Position numbers and translations under genes: made by a program | Shown here: positions 36,441 to 48,599 of the stretch, piece by piece | Numbering within the stretch: the stretch's first letter is position 1 | Layout: each line of letters starts with the position of its first letter | Assembly (NCBI GenBank): GCA_035221665.1 | Contig: CM069132.1 | Span: 22,134,001 to 22,198,000 of the forward strand | From: Okamejei kenojei | Taxonomy: Eukaryota | Length of the DNA stretch: 64,000 bases | Direction of reading: 5' to 3' | Notes under the pieces: model-generated | The model's input: only the letters and a program-made list of their open reading frames with translations | Database searches by the model: none | Told to the model about the DNA's origin: nothing

Positions 36441-38028
36441 ACTTTCCTAAATTTAACATTTTTAATCTAGGAATTAAATGTGGAATCTGTGCCCATAGCA
36501 TAAAAAATGCTAATACAATTAATGCAAAAATTTGCTTCTATGTTCACAATGCTGAATAGATATGCCCAAGAATGAATGACATTCCAAAGTTTCTAATGCA
36601 AGACAAATCGTTGTCGTACCTTGGAATGGCAAGACAAGTCATAAAATAATTTTCTGAAACAGCAATTTGTTGACATCAGCAAAATTGAAGGCAATCCGAA
36701 TAAAGTCACAATGCAAACAAATTCTAAATCTGAATTGGTTATTCAAGAGCATTTTGAGTGTCAAATACAGACAAGTATTAAACAATACTGGAGGAAGCAA
36801 TTAACAGAGAAAGCCAGATTGAATAGTTTACTGAATGGACAAAGGATATGGGACTTCTGCTTTTATTGAATAATCATGCAGATTATTGGTGCTGTACTTG
36901 GGTGCAAAAAAGAGTATATGTGCATTAGCAGTGAAAACATTTATAAAGAGGGATAATGTAAGATCTAAGTTATAGACTTCAGCTAGATTACTTAGTGATT
37001 AGTCATTACCACTTTGAAAGCTTTATAAAAAAAAATGTGAGTGTGCAAACTGAAGTTAGATTTGTTTTTGATTACCTTTTCCAACAAGAACATGTTTCCA
37101 AAATTATTCATAGGACTGGTGAAGCTGATCCAGGTCGAGGAATACTGTTCACAATGAAAAAAGCTTCAAAAATTATGGGGGGACAGAATTCAGCAGGAAT
37201 ATTTCACACAATGAAAGTAGAGCTGAGAAATAAAGAAATATTTTTGAAGTGAAGATTATAAACAAATTAAAAATGAGAGGAAATAGGGATATAATAGAAA
37301 AGCTAGAAGATGTGGAGAATAACTAAAAAGGGATTTGTTGATTGGACCCAATGACCTTTATTATTCTTAAAATTTTATATGCTCCAATAAACCTGCATTG
37401 ATTTTTATTCTCAAGTCCTTTACCGTATGTCAGTTTTGCAGTTCTTCATATTATGCTCAATCTTAAATGCCCTGAAGCTATGGGCCATGAAGCTTGATGA
37501 CTGACAAATTACCAGACACTGTTTGTCTTCTGCAACTAGTGGCAAAGCACAAAACAAGGGCTTCAATTGATAGTTGACAGACTGTTCAGAAAGCAACTGC
37601 TTACAAGGTAATAATCTTGCAGTCTACGTCGGAATGCATGACATTGGAGAACATTTTCAATAACAGGTGTCCATGTAAAGTAAAACAAAATCAGAATATC
37701 AAGACACCTCCACTGAAACCAAGAAAAACACATTAGAAGTGCTGAACGGAAGTCAATCTGATATGTTTTATGATTAAAGGGTTAGCTGTTTTTTTTTCCA
37801 TTTCGCGCTGAGAAAAGGGGGTCACTGTGAGTCGTCATTAGTTAAATCAAAACACACCAATTTCTCTAAACGTATTGTCAAGCACCAAGTGAAGCACCAT
37901 AGAGTAAATGTTTCGGCTGGAACTCTGCTTCCAGATAACCGAGCGCTTAGTATCCAGATCAAAAGTTAAAATTACATTTCCTACATGATGACTGAAAGAA
38001 ACTATTCGTAAATGAAAATGGTGCTTAC

Positions 38029-38199
38029 ATGTCGAAGCTTCATTATATTCTGCCGCTGCGGCCGTTGAAGTCGCTTGTCATTTACAGGTGTGGGAAGAAT
38101 CTGTAAGTGTGGCCTAAACTGGTGTGGAGGATTGGGAATGATCGGCTGGGGAGAACAGCTATTCTGGTGTTGCGGCAACGGCTGCAGCTGCATGGGAGG
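38029..38199 (-). CDS. RBM33: RBM33 coding exon, 171 nt
   Basis: cattttttcag|PPMQLQPLPQHQ...HQFRPHLQ...QRPQRQNIMKLRH|gtaagc. Phase 0/0. Confidence 0.9.
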
Positions 38200-39944
38200 C
38201 TGAAAAAATGAAATGAGGTTAACACTTCAATACCTGGAAGTCACCCACATTGGGGAAAAAAAACATATATAGTCACGGAGACGCAGCATGGAAACAGGCC
38301 CTGCAACCCACCGAATAAAACCTATTTTATTCTCCCCACATTGCCATCAACTTCCCCGACGCAATTGTAAAATTCAACTACACACTATAGGCAATTTACC
38401 GAGATCAATTCACTAGCCAAACAAATCTTTGAGATGTGTGAGGAAACTGACGCAGTTAGAGGAAAGAGGAGTCACAGAAAGAAGGAAATTTCACGTATAT
38501 AACACTAGGGGTTAGAATAGACAAAATCACATATCTTGCTCAAGATTTGCAAGTACTGCGTACAATGCATTGCAGCAACTCGAGTTATTTTAACATATTC
38601 TAACAGGCATGTATTTTGTTTTTAATTCCATTAGTCCATTCGTAAATCACTGATTCCCCTGCACTCTACCTTCTCCATCTTCTGAGAAGACAACTCTTCA
38701 TGTCACATGGAGAGATAATAATTTAATTTAGTATTGATTACATCGCTGCTTTAATAGTTACGTTTACAAACATACATCTTGATTGCTTCAATAAATAATT
38801 AGCACATACCATGAATATCATTTGGTGAAAATACTACCGTGATGATTCATTTCTATTTAGCTTTTTGATTATAAAACTAACATTTTGTGCAAAAAACTGT
38901 TTATTTAGTTTCAGAAGTCTACTCTTAAGGATCAGTGCTGGAGTAACTCAGCAGGTCAGGCAGCATCTCTGGAGAACGCGGATAGGTGACATTTCAGGTG
39001 GAGACCCCCCCTTCAGAAGGGTCATCCTTTATTTAAGATGCCGCTTTTACATTTTATGCAAATTATTGATGAACAAAATTTATTTAAAAAAGCACTTAAA
39101 CAAGCCTGTTCAATGACACTGTGAATCTGAAGCTTTATTTACTAGTTAGGCAGCAGAGGGCGCTGCTATCTGTCTCTAAGATTCTCTCCAGACATTTTCT
39201 GCAGCAAACAATTTCCTGTTCAACACAAACCCAGGACACAGATGATTATTTTTGGCAGTTTCAACCAGAGCATGTTTTTTTAATGGTATGTTCTGGTACA
39301 GCGTACTGACAACTCTAAATAGTTAACTAGATTTTCACATTTCTAGAATTTTTTTTAATATTGCAAAATGATTACTAAAGTTCAACAAACAAAAATAAAC
39401 ACAAAATGCTGAAATAACTCAGCGTAAAATTGCATTTTCTCCAGAGATGCTGCCTGACCAGCTGAGTTACTCCAGCATATTGTGTCTATCTTTGGTATAA
39501 TCCAGCATCCTTTTTATTTCAAAAAACAAAATGTGTTAATTCAATTAGGCAATCATGCCACTAAACAGCTTAAGCAGCTTATAGGATGATGTTCTGCTTT
39601 AGACACCAACAGTAAGGTATGATATGTGTACTGGCATCTTTTTGTCAACAAAAAAGAGTGCTGGTTTCATCTATATTGTGGCTTATTTAAATGTTCACCT
39701 GGTATGCTGTGAATTTTGGTTCAGAGAAAGCCAATAATGACAAACATTTAAAAACTGATTGATCAGAGAATAAAATAATGGTACTGTAAACTAGAAGTAT
39801 CATCCTTCACAAAAAAACATCAATACCTAATATTCCAAAATCTTCATTTGATGGTTATAACATTCTGCTACCATAAATGCAAAAAAAATTGGTTACATCA
39901 CTAGTGTTCCCATATAGCTAATTATTGTGCGTAATTCCTCATAC

Positions 39945-40264
39945 CTGTATGTTTTGCTGGATGTGAGGAGATGGTGGAAATGGCTGCCCAGGAGCTTGTG
40001 GAAATTGTTGTCTTGGAGGAATGAATGGCCTTGGATTTAATAGACCAGGTTGGTTAAAGGGAGGCATTCCCATATGACCCTGGGGCTGAAGACCAGTTCT
40101 CAGTGAAGCATCCCTTGGAAACATATGATGCTGCCCCTGCAAGTTGAAACCTGGACCTGGGTGGTTGTACACAATGGGAGGTTGCAAAGACATTGGATGG
40201 TTGTTCATGAGTGGGGGAGGTGGACTCCGCTGTTCAAACAAATGCTGTCCTTGAAATCTTGGTT
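39945..40264 (-). CDS. RBM33: RBM33 coding exon, 320 nt (Pro-rich)
   Basis: tttgcag|(G)AA PRFQGQHLFEQRSPPPP...RPFIPPRQQF...QQNIQ|gtatga. Phase 1/0. Confidence 0.94.
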
Positions 40265-40475
40265 CTGCAAATTCAAACAATCATTAATCGTCCGTCTATG
40301 GTATAATACCAAGATATTACTTCATTAACGCGCTACTTAATTGCATTGCAAAACCTTTAGTTATTTCAGCATTGTTAATAAAATGAACATCCAAGTTACT
40401 GGAAAGTATTTTTATTGTTATTATAAACATTTTTTTTGACTGATGGTTTTAAAAAGATACTTCTCAATTGCTCAC

Positions 40476-40599
40476 CATTAATGAAGAAGGGTTCTCTCTC
40501 TTGTGGGTGTGGGCCTCTCCATGGCACCTGAAGAGGCTGCCGAGGCGGCTGATTAAAGTTTGTCAGGACTGGAATAGGTGGCTGAAACTCTGGTGGATT
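40476..40599 (-). CDS. RBM33: RBM33 coding exon, 124 nt
   Basis: tttctttggcag|NPPEFQPPIPVLTNFNQPPRQPLQVPWRGPHPQEREPFFIN G|gtgagc. Phase 0/1, matching the next exon. Confidence 0.92.
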
Positions 40600-40927
40600 C
40601 TGCCAAAGAAATAACAGTGGTCAGAGTCGGACTGACTGTTCTCATCCAAATGATGTAATTTCAAAGGTTTCACAGGTCGTTTATTGTCACGTGTACCAAT
40701 TAAGGTACAGTAATATTTGAATTACCATACAGCCATTCTAAAAAAAAACAACATGACACTTAACTACTAAACGTTAACATAAATTGGCTTTATGTGCACA
40801 TTATTTTCTCAAATCAATCAGGACTCACAATATCTGATATCAGATATGAGTCCTCGCTACGAGGACAAACCATTTGATGACCATCCTGGATTGGCAGAGT
40901 AACCATTTTCATTTGTAAAGAAATATA

Positions 40928-41768
40928 CTGTATTGCCCGGCAATGAAGACACTATTTTTTACCCAAGAATAAGGCATGAAAATTTACCTGTGTCTTGGAG
41001 GCCAAAGGTTAGATTATTAGGCAAGAAAGACAGACTTGGCTATCACTCAGTACAGCGACATCAAGAACGATGTGATGTACTGAGGGATAGCCAAGTCTAT
41101 CCCTCACGGCTGGCAGCTGATGGGGAGAAGCTGTAAAGTGGGAAGCGGCTGTAAAAGGACAGCGCCGCTGGGGGTGGGGGGCGGTGGGAGGGGGGGATGG
41201 GCGGAGAGAGTTCATTTCACAGCGTGTGGGGAGTCTGGCCCGGGCCTGGGCTGCACAAAGTAGTAAACTTGGCTGGGCTGCCAGTGGTAAAGTTGCGGGG
41301 AGAGCAGGAGCGTTGAGAAGGAGGGGGTCGGGGATGATGCCAGCAACTCACTCAGTAGCTCGGGTGGCTGCGCGCAGCCGCTGGGAGCGGACAGTGGAAC
41401 CGGCGGCCCCCACAGCACCTTCTGTGGTGGCCGTCCGCCAGCCAGCCACAGTGTCCTTCATCACAGGCACAACCGGTGGAGGTGGTGGTTGGCAGGTCGC
41501 TACTGGGCGGAAGGCTGGCTGCTCCGTCCTGGGCTCTCTCTTTCTCCCCATTACATGATTTCTCTGAGCCAGGAAGTCCCCATCCCACCTGAACAGCACA
41601 TTGTGGGACAGACGAAGATGGAAGCTCCCCGGTCCTCATTGCCTCCTTGAAGGAGTTTCACATCTTCCTTTCTACTGACTAAAGCAAACCCTTGACCCTG
41701 CCCACCAGCCTTTTTTCAAAATTTAGCAACTCAGAATGGGGGTGCGTCTTCATTGCCGGGAAAAACGG
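40928..41768. mobile_element. Non-autonomous Tc1/mariner-superfamily (pogo/Tc2-like) element
   Basis: 25-bp TIRs ctgtattgcccggcaatgaagacac and gcgtcttcattgccgggaaaaacgg (4 mismatches), flanked by TA on both sides. GC-rich interior. Confidence 0.8.
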
Positions 41769-41787
41769 TAAAATGGATCTCATCAAC

Positions 41788-42052
41788 TGTGGCGCGGCGG
41801 TAGAGTTGCTGCCTTACAGCGAATGCAGCGCCGTAGACCCGGGTTCGATCCTGACTACGGGTGCTGTCTTTACGGGGTTTGTACATTCTCCCCGTGACCT
41901 ACTTGGGTTTTCTCCGAAATCTTCGGTTTCCTCCCACACTCCAAAGACGTACAGGTTGGTAGGTTAATTGGCTTGGTAAATGTTTAAAAAAATAATTGTC
42001 CCTAGTGGGTATAGGATAGTGTTAATGTGCGGGGATCGCTTGTCGGTGCGGA
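41788..42052 (+). mobile_element. tRNA-derived SINE
   Basis: tggcgcggcggtagagttgctgcc...ccgggttcgatcctgactacggg... Confidence 0.85.
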
Positions 42053-43534
42053 ATGTACAAAATTTCGAGTCCAAATTTCTAATTTATCCACAGTTCTCTT
42101 GAAAGTGACCAAGTTAAAATTGTGATCCATTTGTTTTTAATGGGTTTAAAAAGCAAAGAAGAATGTTTCCCAGTGGGAATAAAGTCAGACTGCAAGCATA
42201 AGGTTAACTATTCTACCAGTCTGGTCAGCAATTTACTTGTTTGTCACTTCTGTGCAAGTGCCAATGTGCAAAGGAATTATATGTGACATCTATTCATTAT
42301 ACTTTATAAATAGCACATTCCACATCACACTTCACACTAGAGACAGAAAGAGGAAGAGATGCACATACTTTTCATCACAACAGAAAATAAGCAAAGCTGG
42401 TTCCTCCAATTGCAGAATAAAATGACACCTGGCCACTCATTTTATTTTCTCACAGGCTCTTTCCAGTTGAGAAATTAACCTTCTTTGGCATGTGACACTT
42501 GCACAAATTATGCTTTTGCTTTTCAGCCTTATGTTAATTATATGATATTATCAATGGTAATCCATCTTTTCATGTGGAATGATGGCAACTACTTACAATA
42601 GTAAAACAGCTGAAACTTCACATAAGGTGCTCAACAAAAAGTTAATCAACGACTGAAAGGAGGCACAGCCAACCAAAGGGATCAAATGACTATTGTACGA
42701 CTTATCAGCTTTCTCAATAGCTTCAGCTGTGTAGTCACAAAAACCTTTAATTAAATACTTTAACAACACTGTTGAAATCTTACGAATTGTTCAACAAATT
42801 AATAGTGTCCGTCTTCAAGGCAGACATTTATTATTAATCCTACTTAAAATGTAAAATATTTATCCGTGAAAATAAATCTGATATAGTGGATGAGCACAAG
42901 TTAATTCAACTGACTGTGTTTGGAGCAAAGAAGCAAAACCTAAGTAAATTAAATGATTGTTATACAGCAGGCATTACTACAACAATGCACAGTGAAGGAT
43001 CTTCAGTTACTGGATATAGATCCCCTTATCTTCCGGACCAGAAGTGACAGTATCAAATGCTTGAGGGGGAAAAAAAAGATGTCATGAATAAACCTGTACG
43101 CCTATCTCTTTACATTCAAAGAGGCTATATACAGCAGAGTGGTTATTAACCTCAGAGACATCCCCTGGGCATACATTTTTTTTTTTTTTGTGTTTAAGTT
43201 ATATCATATGTTAATAATAAATACAGGATCCCATAAATCTTTATTTAAGATCCACATTTACAAACAAAAACATTAACTATTAACTACTGCCTGTTTACCA
43301 CTAGCCATTTATATTATGTATAAAGTGGGAGACTCAACACATGATAGTTCATTAGAACAATATTTAGCAAATGAACCCAATGAATTATAAATCTGAAATT
43401 TAAAAATTAGATTTAAATAACTTTCAGACCAGGAAAATGTTCTTTTTATAAAAGCTATCTCAACTTCAAAATGAACTAATGAGGACGATATGAAAGCCAC
43501 CCTTGTAAAGTTTCATTGTATATCTAACACCTGT

Positions 43535-44185
43535 CAGCCCAAATCGTAATTCTATTTCTCCAAGTACTTGAAAAGATCATCCATACATTTATCTCCTCCC
43601 GCCTAGATTACTGCAACTCCCTTTACACTGGCATCAGCCAATCTTCCCTGTCCCGTCTGCAACTGGTCCAAAACGCCGCAGCGAGACTCCTGACGTGCAC
43701 CCGAAAAAGGGACCACATCACCCCGATCCTGGCCTCTCTCCACTGGCTCCCTGTGCAGTTCCGAATTAATTTCAAGACCCTCCTCTTTGTCTACAAAGCC
43801 CTCAGTGGGCTTGCACGCACCTACATTAAAAGTCTTCTCACCCACTACACCATCTCCAGGTCCCTCAGATCGGCCGACTTGGGGTTGCTGAATGTCCCGC
43901 AGTCTAGGCATAAGCTCAGGGGCGACCGCGCCTTTGCGGTCGCAGCTCCTAGATTGTGGAACAGCATCCCCCTCCCCATTAGAACTGCCCCCTCCATTGA
44001 CTCCTTTAAGTCTAGTCTAAAAACGTATCTGTTCTCCCAAGCCTTTCCTGACGTCCTCTGAGTGAGGGCTATTTGTATATACGTATGTAGCCTGCTTGTG
44101 TATACTACTCTTATAACAAATGTAAAGCACTTTGGTCAACGAGAGTTGTTTTTTAAATGTGCTATATAAATAAATGTGACTTGAC
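43535..44185 (+). mobile_element. Young 5'-truncated L2 LINE
   Basis: Uninterrupted frame 43567-44061: ISSRLDYCNSL..LQLVQNAAAR..DHITPILASLHWLPV..FKTLL..GDRAFAVAAPRLWN. L2-type tail tgtaaagcactttgg...gctatataaataaa. Confidence 0.9.
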
Positions 44186-44519
44186 GACATAATTTGCAAA
44201 TGTGTAAAATATATAAATAAAAGTGGGAGTATGGCAATTAACACTTTAAGATGTGCATTTACTGACATGTGCACAAGAGAGGTTTGAAGTCTGTTAAGCT
44301 GCTCTCTCATGTTAGATGTACCAGAATGCAAGCACATTAATTTTAAATGCAAGAATGAATTCGCAAATTAACATAATTGAATATTATTTTTCCACCCATA
44401 CTTTTTAAATAGGCACAAGCAACAGAGAGACTGGGGTGAGGGGAAGAGCTCTCATTTACCTGAAAGCAAAAGGACAAATTGTTGATGATGTTAAAGCAGG
44501 TATTTATAATGTACAAATG

Positions 44520-44990
44520 GAAAGGAGTTAGGCTAAACTTTTATGAATCATTAGTTTGTCCTCAGTTGGAGCATTATGCTGAGCACAATGTTTATAGAAA
44601 CCATGTCAAGGATTTGGAGGCAACGGTGAGGAATTTCAATCACATGGAGAGCTCATAGAAACATTGTTCTCCTTAGAGCAGAGGAGATGAAAGGAGATTT
44701 CAAGTAGACTTGTTCAAAAATTAAACGGTTATCATGGAGTAAATAATAAGAAACGACTTTTAACAATATCAACTAGATAGCTGGAGGGGATAAAAATTAA
44801 AGTACTTAGCAAATTACCACAAAATGAGATGAGATTAATTTAACATTATGATCCAGAATCACCAGCCCATAAGGGTAAAGGAAGCAGAACCAATGACATG
44901 TTTCGAAAGACAATTGATAAAATACTAGAAAATAAAATGTTTACAACAGTTTTGGGAAACGGCCAGTGACTTGTTGCACTGTCATTTCCA
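44520..44990 (+). mobile_element. Old CR1 3' fragment
   Basis: cctcagttggagcatt..ttgttctccttagagcagaggagatgaaaggagattt. Confidence 0.5.
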
Positions 44991-46953
44991 AGAGGGTGGA
45001 GAGAGTAAAATAGTCATGCCTTTTTAATTTTAGTTAATTGTATTATGCATTTATCTTGTTTCAGTTATGATAACCAAAAGTTACTTGGCCGCATTGAAAA
45101 TATCCAATACCAACACTGCCCCCAAGGGAAACTATTCTACCATCCATATCTGTCCTGGCACCCCAAAACCACCCATCAACGGGCAGTGGTAGCATTTACT
45201 GTCCATCCCTCATTATTTCCAAATTATGGAGGAATTAACTCCTTAGTTCAGGATCAAATAGGGATGGAGAGTAAATTCCAGCATTACCAAGGATGTCCAT
45301 GAATTAATAAACAAAATAAACATTTATATGCACCTGTAAGAAAATATGACATTTCTTTTAAATTCACACCAATTTCGTCTCCTAGGTTTCCAACCTCATA
45401 ATTCTATTTTGCTTTTATTCCACAGAAGCTGATCCACTATTACATCAAAAAGATCATTATTTCTGTCTGTGTCTTAAGGTTGTCAGCCATGGTGTCACCT
45501 GCGGGGACATCACAGTAAAACCAAATTATCTCCATGTGCAATCCCAAATGGGATGGATTTGCTCAATAGCAAGTGTGAATCTCGCCTAATTTATCTTCAG
45601 TCACAAAAGGTGTTGAGGCCAATTGTATCTTGCAGCCTTGTTGACAAATCAACTGCACACATTGATCAGATACACCTCTGTATATTTCAATCATTAAGAG
45701 ACATAAGAGATTGACGATGTGGGGTGTGGAAGAAAAAAAACAAGCTGCTGGAGGAACTCAGCAGGTTAAGCGGTGTGTGTGTGTGGGGGGAACTGAACAG
45801 TCAACAGCTTAAGTTAAGGCTCTCCCACCATCAGTATTGAGAGTAAAGAGGGAAGATTGCTCGTACAAAGTGGAGAGGGGAGAGCCATTGCAGATACAAT
45901 AACAACATTTAAAAGATATCTGGACAGGCACATAGATAGGAAAGGTTTAGAGGGACATGGGCCAAAAGCATGCAAATGGGATTAGCTTTGACAGAGCATC
46001 AAGGTTGGCATGGACCAGTTGCGCCAAAGACCTGTTTTCCTACTATATGACTATGACCATCTTCCCTCTGTCCTGATTCAGGGTCTTGACTCAGAACATC
46101 AACTATTTCATCCCCCACCCCCATCAGATTCTGCTTGACCTGCTGCATTCCTCCGAGAATTTAAACTTCAATCGTTAGTTCAGAGAACCCACTGAAAAAT
46201 CAGAAATTTATTTTCATAATAACTGCAGATTCTGGAAAATCGAAGGTAGACAAAAGTGCTGGAGAAACTCAGTGGGTGCATCAGCATCTATGGAGCGAAG
46301 GAAATAGGCAACGTTTTAGGCCGAAACCCTTCTTCAGACCCTTAGCAATATAACTTAGCATTGCTCCTGGATCCATTTTGGCTAGCAGCTAGCCATATAA
46401 ATGGCATTTTGCTCTAAACAACCATACACATAATCTAGCAGCAGTGCCATGTTTGTCCAAATTTCCCCAGTCTTACACCAAAGACAAACCCCATGGATTC
46501 AGACATTGTCCAAAAATCCATTGATTTCAGTGGGGCTAAAACATTGGTGGGTTTCTTTTTTTTTTTTTTAATTATCTTGCTTTAATTATTGTTTAAAGTT
46601 GTTTTTCTGCTTTATAAATTTTATTTAACCTTAATCACCTAATTTAATTTTAGAAATTCTAAATGCTGGTCATTAACCAAAAAATGGCTGACATTTCAAA
46701 TTCATTAAAAAATCACTTACGACTTTTATAGTAATACTTGTTTGGCTTTCAAAAGCTTTTGGGCGCAGGACTATCTCAATGTGCCACTGTGCTCGGCCCA
46801 CATTGCTGGAGTGTTGGGTGACACTGTCCCGCAGCATTTGTCGTAGTCATTCAGCATGGAAACGGGACCTTCAACCCAACTTGCTCATGCCGACCAAGAT
46901 GCCCCATCTACACTCGTCCCACCTGCCTTCATTTAGCCAACATCCCACTAAAC

Positions 46954-48599
46954 CAGGCGCCTCCAAACCTTTCAGCACGAGGGCCACATTATATATTTGG
47001 TACATTTTTGCAGGCCGTAGGAAAAAATAAAGAAATGTCAGTTTTATAAATTTAATGAACTCAAAAAAGAATTGAAGTAAAACAAGTGGAAAATTTTGAT
47101 TTCAAAATTTCATTGAATTGAGGATCCAATTATGAGGATGGACTTCAAATGCTCATCAGATAAATTTGCTCGACATTTAGACTTGACATACTTCATTCTT
47201 GAAAATGTTTGTTCACAGAGGTATGTTATACCAAAAATAGACACAAATCTACAAGCAAATAGCTTCAAATTTGGAAATTTATAAAACTCAATCAGATTTC
47301 CTTCTTTATACTTGTCTTTCAGGCTGTCATCTGCTTGAAGGTCAATAATTTACATTTGAAACTGACTTGGGAGATTTTCAACAGTGCAATCAAATGGATT
47401 TTGAAAGAGCCTGATTTCATTTGCTTTGGCATCAAGGTCAGAAAATCGCTCCTGAAATTGTTTTTTCATTCCTAAAATTACTTCATTTGCAAATGAGGAA
47501 GGAAATTCTTCTTCTGAAACCTACTCCGATGTATTGTACAGGTGGAAAGATTATATCGTTGGTTTACCAAAGGTGATCATAAATTTCCACCTCCCTCAAA
47601 CGATTGCACTGGGATGTTACCCGGGCTTGCGTTATAGAGAGAGGTTTCTAGGCTGGAACTTTTTCTTTGGAGCAGAGAAGGCTGAGGGGTGAACTTATTG
47701 TGGGGCAGAAAGTCATGAGGGGCAAGGATGAAGTAAAACACTCAGTCTTTTTTTTAAATTAGAGTGGATCGGCTTAAATTGAGAGGAGAATTAAGAGGGA
47801 CCTCAAGGACACCTGTTTTTCATTCACAGGGTATTCCATATACGGAATGAGCTGCCAGAGGAAGCTATAGAAGTGAAAACAATTACACAGGTTTTAAAAG
47901 AGAGAGAGATGGGACAGATATATGGATATGGATGTGTCATGGGCCAAATGCAGGCAAATGGGACTGACCAACTTGGTCAGCATGAACATGGTGGGCTGGG
48001 GCCCGTTTCCGTGCACTAATACTCGATGACCTTGTGAGCAACTTTAGATTTAGATCAAGCACTTTGCATTTACTGAAGTGGGAAACCATTTGTGCTAAGC
48101 TGTTTAAAGTGAACAGGTAAACATTCACAATCAGGTTGCACTGATCACCAAAGGCTGCAACTGGTGCTCCTGTGCTACTCAACAAAGGGTTGCAAAGAAA
48201 TCAGCAGAGATAAACCCCCCATAAAATACACTTGACCTAACCAGCATTGCTAACAATCACCACAATTCAAACAGAACAGCCCAAAATTGCAAACAACCAA
48301 AAAGAAAGCCCTGCAGCCAACATCCACTAACCTCAGTCACAGGAGTATACAGGAAGTATAAACGGGGAGGTGGATTCACTCCCAGGCAGCTTTAAAGGGA
48401 CATCTTCTCTAATGCTGCACCATGGCTTTCGATTTCAATTCGAAGCTTAACATAAACCCTCAACTTAATAGCCTACGGCAGACCGATGTGAAAGTTCCCG
48501 TGCTACGACAGAACCCGCTAAACAGCCCGCCGCACGGAACGCACTAAGAGCTTGCTGCGGGCCGGATGTGGCATGCGGGCCACAGTTTGGAAACCCCTG
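46954..48599 (-). mobile_element. hAT (Charlie/SPIN-like) DNA transposon, internally deleted, with a transposase C-terminal remnant (~47110-47600) and a nested CR1 tail (~47605-48030)
   Basis: TIRs caggcgcctccaaac and gtttggaaacccctg. 8-bp TSD cactaaac/ctctaaac. Minus-strand peptide FQERFSDL..LFQNPF..FPNLKLFACRFVSIFGITYLCEQTFSRMKYVKSKCRANLSDEHL (hAT dimerisation domain). Confidence 0.9.

Noticed and set aside
41184-41639. GC-rich ORFs of 83-124 aa
   Set aside because: They lie inside a TIR-bounded non-autonomous element and show no recognisable protein motifs.
41788-41860. tRNA-like A/B boxes (also near 22480-22547 and 22831-22890)
   Set aside because: These are SINE heads that continue into SINE core and tail, not tRNA genes.
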